Shown: one piece after another, positions 34,827-47,665 of the stretch | Layout of the letters: the number at the start of each line of letters is the position of its first letter | Numbering within the stretch: the stretch's first letter is position 1 | NCBI GenBank assembly: GCA_002269645.1 | Contig: NIVC01001809.1 | Location: 62,001-126,000 of the forward strand | From: Macrostomum lignano | Taxonomy: Eukaryota | Direction: 5' to 3' | DNA length: 64,000 bases | Program-made: the position numbers and the translations under genes | Notes under the pieces: generated by a model | What the model was told of the DNA's origin: nothing | Databases searched by the model: none | What the model saw: the letters and a program-made list of their open reading frames with translations, nothing else

Positions 34827-36049
34827 AGCAGTGCATCACACTGACATTGCAGCACAGCAGCAGTGCATCACACTGACATTGCAGCACAGCAGCAGTGCAT
34901 CACACTGACATTGCAGCACAGCACCAGTGCATCACACTGACATTGCAGCACAGCACCAGTGCATCACACTGACATTGCAGCACAGCACCAGTGCATCACA
35001 CTGACATTGCAGCACAGCAGCAGTGCATCACACTGACATTGCAGCACAGCACCAGTGCATCACACTGACATTGCAGCACAGCACCAGTGCATCACACTGA
35101 TATTGCAGCACAGCAGCAGTGCATCACACTGACATTGCAGCACAGCAGCAGTGCATCACACTGATATTGCAGCACAGCACCAGTTCATCACACTGACATT
35201 GCAGCACAGCACCAGTGCATCACACTGACATTGCAGCACAGCACCAGTGCATCACACTGACATTGCAGCACAGCACCAGTGCATCACACTGACATTGCAG
35301 CACAGCACCAGTGCATCACACTGACATTGCAGCACAGCACCAGTGCATCACACTGACATTGCAGCACAGCAGCAGTGCATCACACTGACATTGCAGCACA
35401 GCACCAGTGCATCACACTGATATTGCAGCACAGCACCAGTGCATCACACTGACATTGCAGCACAGCACCAGTGCATCACACTGACATTGCAGCACAGCAC
35501 CAGTGCATCACACTGACATTGCAGCACAGCACCAGTGCATCACACTGACATTGCAGCACAGCACCAGTGCATCACACTGACATTGCAGCACAGCACCAGT
35601 GCATCACACTGATATTGCAGCACAGCACCAGTGCATCACACTGATATTGCAGCACAGCACCAGTGCATCACACTGATATTGCAGCACAGCACCAGTGCAT
35701 CACACTGATATTGCAGCACAGCACCAGTGCATCACACTGATATTGCAGCACAGCACCAGTGCATCACACTGATATTGCAGCACAGCACCAGTGCATCACA
35801 CTGATATTGCAGCACAGCAGCAGTGCATCACACTGATATTGCAGCACAGCACCAGTGCATCACACTGACATTGCAGCACAGCACCAGTGCATCACACTGA
35901 TATTGCAGCACAGCACCAGTGCATCACACTGACATTGCAGCACAGCACCAGTGCATCACACTGACTTTGCAGCACAGCACCAGTGCATCACACTGATATT
36001 GCAGCACAGCACCAGTGCATCACACTGATATTGCAGAACAGCACCAGTT
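34827..36049. repeat. 32-bp minisatellite (GCAGCACAGCACCAGTGCATCACACTGACATT), ~38 units
   Basis: Tandem units downstream of ABCA copy 1. Confidence 0.95.
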
Positions 36050-36616
36050 CAAACTCAGATAAAGAATTGAGCACATGTGAGTCGCTCCTCACTTGGTATT
36101 GAGAGTCGTGGTCATATTTTTAAAAGAGAGACTGGGGGAATCGTCTTGTTTCGCAAAAATTTATTTGTCTTCCCGTGCGGTTTATTACATTATACTTTTA
36201 TCTGAGCCAGTTATTTTTATCTCGCTCGATCTTCGCTTTTAACATCCCTTTCCCTCCCGTTCCTTCCTATTGGCTCGTGACTACCATAGACAAAGTCTTT
36301 TTCATCTCGATTTCGTTTTCGCCCCCCTCTGAAAGTAACACCATCTGAAAGTAGTATCGTGGACTATATATGACTATAATGCCAGTGGATACAGCATGCG
36401 AAGCTTTGAGCAAAAATTCAATCTGCTTGCTTCTGTACATTAGGTCAATTCATAAGATTCACTTGAATCTAAATACGTTATATTACTAAAATACATGGTA
36501 CGTTATATTTTGCAGTGTATATACAAGAGTCGTTGTGTGACCGTACCATGTTCCGTAGCTACTAAGAAAAAAATATTTGAAGAACAGTAGCAGACACCGA
36601 ACGAAAACACAAAATA

Positions 36617-37273
36617 CACTCAGCAACATTGAAAAGTTTCCACCCTTGCGCCAAGGGTCCATGGGCAGCACCATCGATGGTTTCGCCAATTGGTTTTGGG
36701 CCATAGACAACTGAGCAAAAAGGGCAGGTAAGGTTAAAGACCGATATCTGGGGTCACAGGGAAAAGTGTCACAGTAACGAGTGTACAGAGGTTTACTGGA
36801 GGCATCTGGACGCAGGTGACAACGATAGTCCGCTAAATGACTGATTGGCGCACTCTGCGTTGGCCATCCAGATCACCGGATATGAACTCGATTGAGCACG
36901 TGTGGGATTTCCTGAAGCGCACGATTCGGTGCAACAATCTCTATCCCCCTAGAACATGGTACAGCTGCGCAATGCGCTTTCAATCGCGTGGCAACAGCTT
37001 CCACAAGACTTTCTGCGGCGCCTTGTTCGGGAATGTCTCGACGAGTGAGCGGTCTGTTGGTTGCTCGTGGTTTCTATCTATACCTGTTACTGACTGTGCT
37101 TTAGACACGTACACAGCGTGGAAATGGGCATGGACTTGTTTCGCTGTTCATTCTTTGTTGCCTTATTTTGATTGTCTATGGCCCAAACATAGTTAAAAAC
37201 CTTTCAATCCCTAATCGTTCAGCTAGTGTAGCCTTTTGTGCAGTACGTGGACACTTTTCAATGTTGCTGAGTG
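36617..37273 (+). mobile_element. Tc1/mariner deletion derivative (657 bp)
   Basis: TA-flanked TIRs CACTCAGCAACATTGAAAAGT(T/G)TCCAC; inner 16-bp IR TTTGGGCCATAGACAA; transposase remnant WPSRSPDMNSIEHVWDFLK. Confidence 0.9.
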
Positions 37274-37461
37274 TATTTACATACATGGAAATTTAAAGGC
37301 GGCACTAAATTCTTTTGAAAAATAAACATATTAAACTAATGGCTTTGAGTTTATGTAGTAACTACCAGAAATTATTAACTGTAACTTAAAACTTAAACTT
37401 TCAAAGAAGCCAAGATTCAGAAGAAATACTAAAGTAAACATGCCTAGCATGTCGTTAATCC

Positions 37462-38010
37462 TCACTGACCAAGAAAGAGAATTTTCTTAACAAGTTGAGA
37501 ACGCATCGATGGACTGATCATATTTTGGCGCCGAACTGTATGAAGGAGCTTTATTCGCGTGTATTTCTCGGCGACCATCTTTAGAATTCCGTATCGGTGA
37601 TTTTCATCAATCGCTGCCTCGCAGCAGATATTTTGGAAGACACAAGTAGAAATTGCAGCTCTAACCGTTGCTGCAACAAGAGCCTCGATTCTAATGCAAC
37701 CAAGAGCAACGTTGGAGTGACTCCTAAAAGTCTGCTCGCACATACGGCACAGGCGACACAGCTCTTCTGACGGATGACAAAGGCCACCCCGATCTTTTAG
37801 CTGCAGAAGTGGAGTAGAACTCTCTTCGCTGACCAGGGCTTCGCGACATGTCTGACAACTCAGTCGGGGCAACAGCTGACGAGCGATGTAGCCACTAATG
37901 CAATCGACTACACCAGCACCAATTAAGGACAAGCTTCTCATCTGGCTGGTCTCAGGTAAATCAAGCCTCTCCTCACTGATGCAGTTGGAACCCTGGGAAA
38001 CGGGTGACTT
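37462..38010 (-). mobile_element. C-terminal fragment of a P-element/THAP9-type transposase
   Basis: CISGYIARQLL...CQTCREAL...LLQLKDRGGLCHPS matches the conserved C-terminus of P-family transposases. The frame is open up to the repeat X junction at 38011. Confidence 0.75.
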
Positions 38011-39010
38011 AACATTCAGTGACTGACAGCCTGATAGCTCGTAAGCATCAGCTACAATTCCGTTATTTTATCTAGTGCCATCATCTATTTATCTATCTAA
38101 ATAAATCTATTTTATTATATCGGTAAAAATTCAATAGAAAATTATAAAATGCTTCGATTTGTACAAGTCAATCGGTAAACTTGCTTTGGTAAAATTTCAG
38201 CATCTTTGTTCAGCTTAAGTTAAAAAAATTGTAAAAATTCGTGTATGAATATTTTGAATATTTTGAATATTTTGAATACATTACGAGCGTATGTTGCTCT
38301 TAGTACCACAAGTCTAAACACAATTTTTGATGTTTTGGACCTACAAAACAAATTTTATTAATTTCATTCTTGGCTTCGTACCTGCAAAATCCGTAATGTA
38401 AATCAACCTGCCCACCATCTGACGGTTGGCAGAGGATCTCGGACTGCAGGACCGCCACTGACTCACCTGTATTGGCGCCACTGACTCATCTGTATTGGCG
38501 CCACTGACTCATCTGTATTGGTGCCATGACTCATCTGTATTGGCGCCACTGACTCATCTGTATTGTCGCCACTGACTCATCTGTATTGGCGCCACTGACT
38601 CATCTGTATTGGCGCCACTGACTCATCTGTATTGGCGCCACTGACTCATGTTTGGAAAATACGTGCATTCTGTCAGCTGCCTGCATCTGCTCAGATATAA
38701 ACCAACCGAAATCCTTTGAGTACTCGACTCATTCAGAATTCCGAGTCTCCTCACTTTGACGGATTCGAAACTCCGCCTGAACTCGTGTGGAAAAGTGCAG
38801 TCCCTGAAAACCATGGATCCCATTTTGTTTGGAGCCTCAGCAACTCCAGCCTCATTTGAGAACCCACAGATTCGGCCAAATAAACAAATGCGAATTACTT
38901 TGAACAGAAATGAGCAGTGCACAGAAGTGAAAAAATATTCAACATATTTGTAAGCACTGAATAGTCGGAAATACTCATTAGTTGTGAACTTATCTGGTCC
39001 TTCTGATCTG
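38011..39010. repeat. Dispersed repeat X (single 37-bp unit, ~8.5 x 23-bp units)
   Basis: Homologous to 10190-11290. Confidence 0.85.
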
Positions 39011-39608
39011 ATCTGATCTTTTGCAAAATTTATTAAACAAGAACTAAAAGCAATGCTAGATCTGGAAGCTAGAAATTCAAACCATTGAGACCATTTCGAA
39101 GGCTTACCCATTAAGAACTTGAAAAAAGTTTCAAAAAGTCGAAAACAGAACGTTATTTACTAGTTCACCACCCTACTATTCAGGTGCGATTGAGCAGACA
39201 GCTTCAAGCTATGCACTTTCACCCTTTTAGCAGAGTGAGAAAATGTAATTTTAGTAGTTCATGTTTTTTGTCAAATAAAAATGTTCATGTTTTTTTGTTT
39301 TTTTCTAGATTTACTTCAATGTATGTTTTCTCGCTATTATACTTCATTTAGACTTAGCTCGTACTTAGCTCGTACAAGCTGACCATGCGGGTTTTCGCGA
39401 TATGCTGTTACGAGCTAAGTGAAGACAAAAAATGAGTCTATGGCCATAAAGAGTTGGATTTTAGCTACATTGTAATTATACTTTTACCCAGACGCAATAA
39501 CAAAATATTTTAATATAATTTAATATAAATAATTTAAAAATTTTATAATTTAATATTTAATAATTGTTTTACCTCGTTTCAGCCTTCTGCAGCCTATCAA
39601 TATTGGTG

Positions 39609-39743
39609 TTGTAGTTAGCGGGCGTGAAACGCGTTTCACGGCCCGCCCGCTGTGCATATCTATGGAATTTGACCATAGACAACAGCAGAGGGCGGGCTGC
39701 CGTTAGTTTCAACCTCGTTTCAACACGCGTAGGCTAACTACAA
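39609..39743. mobile_element. Small MITE-like element with TTGTAGTTAGC...GCTAACTACAA inverted ends
   Basis: 11-bp perfect IR; internal GTGAAACGCGTTTCAC palindrome and CTATGG/CCATAG pair. The interval 39514-39743 is absent from the homologous site at ~26866. Confidence 0.6.
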
Positions 39744-39872
39744 CCATTATTCCACAGTTTTGATGTGTATTGAAAAAATCCATCGCACCGTATTTTGTTA
39801 ATAAATACATAGCCACGAGTGTCATTTGAGCATTATCAAACGGTTGATAATGCATGACTAAATTTAGATACC

Positions 39873-41532
39873 GTCTATGGTAATTCGTCAGAAACTTTGG
39901 TCTTAAATGTTCGAAGTTACAGCGAAGACTTCTCAGTTTTTCATTTTAAGCCGTCTTCGCTTGCCTGCCTTAAACATGACCGCTACGCATCTTATCAATT
40001 GGTCTCATCTGCCGGTTGATAGTCGATCGATGGCGTTTCATCCAGCGAATACTCATTCATTGCGGAGCTGAGCAGTGACAATCACCGAGATGACAATCAG
40101 CTGGAGGACTTTATTAAATTCATTACCGATCATTCACGATCTGACGATGAACTGCTTGGTGTCGATCTGCCGGAATGTGAAGAGGATGGAGCTTCTGTTG
40201 CTACTGATTTCATGGACAAGGCCGAGGTGGATTCTCTACCAAGATCGACCAAGGAGCAAATGTTCCTTTATGGCAAAGCGTTTGCCAGCTACATGAGTGA
40301 CTTGGGTCATCCTGTTGAAAGTCTCAAAACAATGGAGCCCAGTAGCCTCAACGAGCACCTGCGGTTCTGCTACTTTCGGCTTTCTAAACCGAATGGAGAG
40401 TCGTACTCGCCATCTAGCTTGGTCTGCATTCGGGCCGGCATCCAGCGATTTTTTCACTTCATTATCAAGCGTGAACTCAACATCGTCGATGATCCTAACT
40501 TTGCTACTGCCAATCGCATGCTTCGAGTTAAGGTGCGGGATTTTCATTCTAAAGGCGGGAGCGTGAAGCGTTACGAACCGATAGAGCGCGCCGATCTAAC
40601 CAAGTTGTCCAGTTACGAGTACTTTGATCGCTCGACTGGAGAACGACTACAGGATGAAGTGATTTACACTTTATTGTATGTCTTGGGAGAGCGCGGTCAA
40701 GAGCACCTCCAACACCTTCGTCAGAGAGACATACTCGTAGAAAAAGAAGACGGCGACGGCAAGAAGTATTACGAGCTACCTAACCTCAGAACCAAGAACC
40801 AGAGTGCCAATCCAGTCAAGGCCAAAGGTTTCAACCCAAAGCAAGCGAGAATCTATGGCGGTCAGTATGAACTCATTAAGACCTACCTTCAAGTCCTGCC
40901 CAACGAAACCAAGGACAATTCGTTTTTTCCAAGACCGATGGCAAATAAAGAAGGACAGCTGCAGTTTTCAACTAAGCAGGTTCGTGGGATCAATTGGTTA
41001 GGATCGTTCATGACTCGATTAAGCACCCTGTGTGAGCTCAGCAAAAAGTATACGAACCATTGCATTCGAGTAACTAGGACGGCTGATCTACACGAAGCTG
41101 GCTATACTCTGTCCGACATCATGAATATCACGGGACATCAATCTGAGTCGACAGTTCGGCGGTATCTATCGAGGAAACGTGACCACACGCTGCGAGACAT
41201 GGCTACGACTGTGGGGGAAGCTTTGCAATCAAGTGATTCTCGTACGAACACAGAATTGGTTAGGACTGATCAGCCATCTAACGCTGGATCGTCAAGCACG
41301 ATGGACGTGAGTAACCAGAACATTACACTTAGTAGGCAGAACGTCTCAACTATCTTCACGGATTGTCATTTCTCTGGCTGCACTTTCAACTTGAATGGTT
41401 AGAGACATCTGCGTCATTGAGAATTGCAACTATAAACAACTAAAAACTGTAAACTGTTCATTGCTTAACCATTGAAGCTGATTTCTCGTTGATATGAAAA
41501 ATAAACTCGCAGTTCCACCATAGTCTATGGTA
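39873..41532 (+). mobile_element. Crypton (tyrosine-recombinase DNA transposon), copy A
   Basis: YR ORF bracketed by direct repeats GTCTATGGTA (39873-39882, 41523-41532). Exact element limits are inferred. Confidence 0.75.
40212..41402 (+). CDS. Crypton tyrosine recombinase (DUF3504/KCTD1-ZMYM-like), 396 aa from first ATG
   Basis: N-terminal LNEHLRFCYFRLSKPNGESYSPSSLVCIRAGIQRF. Catalytic set is intact: R (GERGQE), K (RTKN), H-x-x-R (NHCIR), H (TGHQS), Y (VRRY). The frame is open without ATG back to 40023, which follows an AG. Confidence 0.88.
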   Translation: MDKAEVDSLPRSTKEQMFLYGKAFASYMSDLGHPVESLKTMEPSSLNEHLRFCYFRLSKPNGESYSPSSLVCIRAGIQRFFHFIIKRELNIVDDPNFATANRMLRVKVRDFHSKGGSVKRYEPIERADLTKLSSYEYFDRSTGERLQDEVIYTLLYVLGERGQEHLQHLRQRDILVEKEDGDGKKYYELPNLRTKNQSANPVKAKGFNPKQARIYGGQYELIKTYLQVLPNETKDNSFFPRPMANKEGQLQFSTKQVRGINWLGSFMTRLSTLCELSKKYTNHCIRVTRTADLHEAGYTLSDIMNITGHQSESTVRRYLSRKRDHTLRDMATTVGEALQSSDSRTNTELVRTDQPSNAGSSSTMDVSNQNITLSRQNVSTIFTDCHFSGCTFNLNG

Positions 41533-41895
41533 GATGTTGAAAAGTTGGCGTTTGATAATCACAAAATTACACAACGAGAAATAATAAGAGAAAGAATGAC
41601 TGCGCGCTGAGTGAAAGTATAAGTACAATTCACTCGTATAGTATGCAACTTCGTTGAATAATGGCAAAAACACGAGTACGCGTAGCGCACGAGTGTCTAT
41701 GGTCATTATTCAACTCAGTTGCATACTATACAATCTACCAGTGATGATGCTTGGTCAGCTACGCTGACAAGCGGATTTGAATATGTTAAATATCTTGCTT
41801 CCCACTTCCCACCCTAAGAATGGTTCATTGGCTCAATCAGCTTGGAAAACGCTATCTAAAGTCTGCCGTTGAAGAAACGCACGACGGTCTTCTGA

Positions 41896-44800
41896 ATGTC
41901 GGTTGTTCAAAACAAGAAGCAGCCGCCATCGACTGCATCCCAGGCAGATCAGACTCAGGCTAGTCATGGATGTTTCGAACAGTTCAAGCAGTTACTTCTG
42001 CTGCTGCTCAAGCTCAAGGCGTGGCGCCTCGCGGCAATTTGTGTGCCCATTGCGTTAGCGGCATCAGCTTTGTACGTCATGCCCATGATAGCCAAGACAT
42101 TGCAGCGTGGTGGCTTCGGCACTAGCAGAGATGGCAGCGACCATCTCCTGTTCTACGGCGGCTCCGACTTGGCGGCATCGAAGGCCAAGGTTCTGGTCGA
42201 CCGCTCCAGCTTCCCCGCTGAGGCAGCTGCCGCTACAAACATCGTGAAGAACGAAGGCGGAAATTCCAATTGGATCGAGGAGTGCGCGTCAGAGACCGAC
42301 TGCAGAGAGCGGCTCATGTTTAATGAGAATGATGACGCAATCGTTGCGCTGATCCGCTACTCGAAAACACCTGACAAGTCGCGAAGTGTATTGGAATGCC
42401 CCAAACTCAAAGGACCCAAGGTCGACATCAGATGCGCTTTTCTGTATAAAGTAATGGTTCTGTCAATGCAAAAAACGCTGGGCGCCGAGACTTTTAAAGA
42501 GATGCAAATCTACGAGCTGTTTGACAAGCGCTCTAACAATAGCAGCAAGGTCGAGCGCTACGACAATAAAAATACGAAATCCTGGCCAAACTCGGCTTGC
42601 GCGAACTGGATCAAAACGGGCCTCTTTCAGCAAATAGCGTCACAAAGCGTACCCGTCTCAGTCAGCCTGTCAGCGATCGGACTGAACTTCTACCTGCTCA
42701 TCTCCACTGTCTCCTGTATCCGCATGATCAAGAGCAATGGCTTCCTGCAGCAGCTGTTTCGCAGCGGCCTGTCCGTGTCTGCCTATTGGCTGGTAATTTG
42801 GATCGTCACTGTGCTCGAGTGCCTCTTTTTCGCGGGCGTTTTCATAGCATCGAACGCGCTGAAGTGCTCAGGAGTTTTTCCGGCCTCCGTCATGGCCCGC
42901 CTCTTCATCTTCTTCACACTGTTTTGCCTCAACCTGGCTGCCTTCATGCTGCTGATGGAGCTGCTGCTGCCACCACAGATGCTCGTGTCCATAGTGACCA
43001 TTGTGATGAGCATCGGAATTCTGGTAGCAAGTTTCAACGGTACTATTCTCAAAAAATATGTGAAATTCTTATTGTACATTTTTTCGCCACTGTTCGCCTC
43101 CGAGTACATCATCAAGCTGTTCAACTCTGAGGTGAGGCGACAGTTCTCAGTAGCTGAGCTGAAGAATGAAGACGACTCTGAGCGACTCTCCCAGATTCTG
43201 ACCTGGACAGTGATTGGGCTGCTGCTGTTTGCTCTGCTGCTGACTTATCTGGACTTCATCTTGAGCAGCGGCAATGGTCTTAGTCTATCACCGCACCACC
43301 CGTTCATGCCCGACTTCTGGTGCCCGAAAGGCCACAAGGACCGAAGCGACTCCGCACCGAGCGAAGGCCCAGAAGAGAAACTCGAGTCCCACATTGAGCC
43401 GGTGATGGAGCTGCCGCCCATCATTGCCGTCAAAGCCGTCACAAAGACTTACAGAAACTGCTGCCTGTGCTGTCAGGATGCCACTGCTGTGCTAAAGAAT
43501 TTATCATGTGAGTCTCATGCTAGCTGATCATTTCATCTCGCTCACTGTATAAGCTCTTGTTTTTAGTCAGATAGTCTCAAGGTAAAGCACAATGTAGCTC
43601 GCACAGCACACTAGCGAGGAGTGATCCTACAATTTTAATACCATTGTATAACAGTTACGATTTCTTGTTGGGAAGAAATAACCGAATAACCGCACTTTTT
43701 GCGGTTTAATGCTGCCAAAAAGCAAATTTACCCATACCCAACGCATCGTCTTAGTACTCACCTGCTAGGCCTCAAAAGCTTCGAAATAATTGAATAGGTC
43801 ACGCAATTATTAGTGCAACGACAGTGAATCACCTGTAAGCGTGCACCTTTAGGGTTTGACGTTTACGGTGGTTATTGGCCGTTGCTTTGTCCACTTGTAC
43901 TCCTTGTGTACTATCTCTCTCTCTCTGTCGCGCCCCTCCCTCTTTAGCAAAAAAATCTTTAAAAAAATCATTTTTCTGCACAAAATTAACTGATACAGTT
44001 CTTGACACGTAGCTGTCTTTTCACCACCAAATGCAGGCACGATTTACCGAGGCCAGATCACGGCTCTCATCGGACACAACGGCGCTGGCAAGTCGACGCT
44101 CATCAAGGTCCTTACAGGCGAGGAGCTGCCAGACGAGGGAACAGCCCACATCGGTGGCTGTCTGGTGACGAACCCGCTGATCCGTCTGTCGCTCAGAGGT
44201 CGGATCGGCACCTGTCCGCAGTTCGACGCCCTCTGCGACTCGCTCACCGTGATGGAGTGCATCCGAGTCACGCTCATCAGCAAGGCGGCCAGCGACACCA
44301 GCCATTTGGAGAGAGCTCGCGGAATGCTGCAGAGACTCGGTCTCGGAGACAAGGAGGATGTGCTGTCTTGCAACCTGAGCGGCGGTCAGAAGAGGAAGGT
44401 GAGCACGATCCTGGCTCTGATGGGCGACCCGGACGTTGTGTTTCTGGATGAGCCAACGAGCGGACTGGACCCGGTGTCGAGGCGGCAGCTGTGGCAGCTG
44501 CTGCAGGAGGAGAAGAGCGCCCGCTCCATCATCCTGTGCACGCAGTTCATGGACGAGGCGGACATCCTGGCAGACCGCAAGATCTTCCTGTGCGGCGGCA
44601 AGATCGTGTGCGTTGGGTCTTCGATGTTTCTGAAGCGAGCGTTCGGCTGCAGCTTCACGCTGAATGTGTCGCTGAAGTCCAAGTCAGGCGCGGAGTCGCT
44701 GCTGGCCAAGCTGAAGCAGGTCCGATTGAAGAGTCAGGATGACACCGAGCTGCAGCTGGAGGTTCCTGCTTTGAACTCGGATGTTTTGATCAAGGCGGTT

Positions 44801-47665
44801 CAGGTTCTGGAGACCAGCAAAGAAGTCGAGACATTCGGTCTGTCTCAGGCTTCTCTCGATGACATTTTCATGAGGCTGGGCGGGATGGACTCCGACGAAG
44901 TCATCAAGGCATTTCGAGCGGGCACTTTGAAACTTCCTCCACTTTCTGAATCAACCAATGTGGCAGTGGCTACAGCTGAGACAAAAGAGAGTTTGGATGA
45001 AGGGTTAAAGAGTTCAAAACAATTGAGAACGTCCATATTCGTTCAGTTTTGCGCACTGTTTGCTACCAACCTCAAGCGGCAAGTGCGGGTCCGGTCAAAC
45101 CTGGTGAGCAGATTTTTGGTGCCTGCCACCCTGTTTGCGCTAATGGTTGCTAGTGCCTTTACATTAAAAGGACCCAAGGAGAAAAGAACGACCGACCCAA
45201 AGGACCATCGGATGGACATTTTGATCCGTCCAGCAGCGCCTCGGATAGACAGTAATGGCTTAAATGAAATTCGGATCGCATGCGTCTCTGATGGAAGGGC
45301 GAACTCGATTTCCAAGAAGGACTGCAAAAGTCTAGTTATTCCGTACGAGAGCAAGGCCATGGCTCCGCCACCAATTGTGATAACAAAGTCCCCGTCCCAA
45401 AGCATAAAAGACTTCATGTCTCAGAGGTCAACCAGAGATCAACTTTATAACCATCAGAAAGATATGAAGACAGGGCGAATCCCGACATACGCTGTGTTCT
45501 ACGCTTCACCCTGGCTCAAGAATGCGTCAAACAAGGACCGGTCGGTCAGCATCGGGGTTATCGAGCTGGTCAGCAATCGAGCTATCGAGCCGGCGCTCAT
45601 CTACAGTGACCATCAATCAACAGTGCACTTTCACAGAAGAGCGCTGGTCGAACTGTTGGCATATTTTGGAATGGCCGGATCCAAAAACACCACCGCTGTT
45701 GCTCTCCTCGAGCCGGCCAGCAGCACGACTGTAGTTAAAACCGGGCTGCAACTGCCAGTGTTTTACCTCGTGTTCTCAATGCTGTCAGTGTCATATCTGA
45801 GCGATCCGATCGAAGACATGAGCAGCCGAGTGCGCAGTTACCTGATAGCAACTGGCATGACCCACCTGGCCTACTGGGTCAACACATTCTTGATGCACTG
45901 GGTTCAGTACGCTATTTGCTACGTGATTGCTGTCGGGCTGCTAATGATTTCTGATACGTTCAGAGGGACTTATCTTGTTTTGGCTGCGTTCTTGCCAGTC
46001 TTTCTACTCGGAACCGTGTCCAACCTGCTGACAATCTACACCATCGCTGTTCTCACAAAGACAAAAAACACCCTGGTCTCTACAGGCTGCATCCTAGCCG
46101 CCGTGTTTTTACCTGTCGCCATGATGCTAATTAACAGTTACTCCGTCATCATGAAAGTGCTAATCTGGACAGTTCCTCCAGCGGCTCCCCTTGGTCTGGT
46201 TGTCAGCTGCGCCCATTTTTATTTCTTAAAGCTTGCCTACTATCAAATCAAAGACGGCTCTGAGCTGCCTGGCATGATCGAAAGTCTGTGGACGAATTCT
46301 GGCATCTTCCACTCTCTTATAGCGATGCCGGTGCATATCATTATCTTGTTGGGCATCATCTGTGCCGTGGAGAAAAGCGCCGCAATTAAAGAGGCCGTGT
46401 GCCACCGCGGAGCCCAGACCAAGCCTGGCCAGCTCGATAGCGACATGGAAGACGGCGCAAAGAAAGAAGCAGAGCGGGTGCTGGCGGCTCCCAGGAGCTC
46501 CAATAACGTGCTGGAGGTTCGACAGCTGCAAAAGATTTACCCCAACAGAGTCCACGCTGTGCGAGGCGTCACCTTCGGAGCGATGGGCGGCGAGATCTTC
46601 GGTCTGCTGGGAGTGAACGGAGCCGGCAAGTCCACCTCCATGTCGGTGATTGTCGGCGAGGAGGCCGCGACGGAGGGCGTCTGCGAGGTCCGCGTGCAGG
46701 ACGGCGCCTGGCTGTCCGGTCGGGAGGGATCCACAATCGGCGCCATCGGCTACTGCCCGCAGCACAGCCCGCTGTTCAGCAGCATCACCGTGGCCGAGCA
46801 CATCCGCTTTTACGCGGACATCCGCGGCCTGGACTCAATCGAGGCGGAGCAACAGACGACCCGGCTGATGCAGAGCCTCGGCCTGTCGCAGCACAGCGAC
46901 AAGCAGGCCGGCCAGCTGTCGGGCGGCAACAAGCGGCGTCTCTGCCTCGCCATCGCTCTGCTGGGCGACCCGGCGCTCATCGTCATCGACGAGGCCTCGA
47001 CTGGCGTAGATCCCGAGAACAAGCGCTTCATCTGGGGCGCCATCCGCCGCATGGTGCACAAGCAGAGGTCGGTCATGGTCACGACTCACAGCATGGAGGA
47101 GGTCGGGGCTCTGTGCAGTCGGGTCGGCATCATGAACAAGGGCAGGATGATCTCGGTGGGCACAGTGCAGAATCTGCTTAGCCGGTGAGTCTGATTGTCT
47201 ACATGTATTCTGACTGCTATCATAAGTTGATTTTTTACAGGATGCGTCAAACTCCTAGGTTATGACAGCTGATTTTTCTCCTTTATCCTCTCTTGTTTAT
47301 ATTTATGCTCTGCTTACCACAGCCACGGAGACGCGTACACACTGGAGCTGCTGCTGGATCCGGAGACTGGGTCAGAAATAAAGCAAAAGAGACTCGTGAT
47401 TAAAAATTCGGTGTCGGAGCAGTTCAAAGGAGCGCAGACGCAGGACGATCTCGGCCTCGGCCTGGTCATGCAGTTCTCGGTGCCCAAGTCGTCAGTGCGC
47501 AGGCTGTCTGATGCGTTGAGGTAGCTGGCGGCCAACCAGAGCCGGCTGAAGGTGAGCTACTGGGCCCTCTACCAGATGTCGCTGGACCAGGTGTTCGTGA
47601 AGCTGGTCAAAACGTACGACCACTCGGGCCAGACACTTGGAGCGAATACTGGCAGCACGGCCTGA
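41896..47665 (+). pseudogene. ABCA copy 2; exons 41896-43507, 44037-47184, 47323-47665; premature TAG at 47522-47524 removes last 47 aa
   Basis: Copy 1 offset by 13,837 bp. TTG AGG TAG replaces TTG AGG TGG in the last exon. May still be a translated, truncated allele. Confidence 0.85.
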
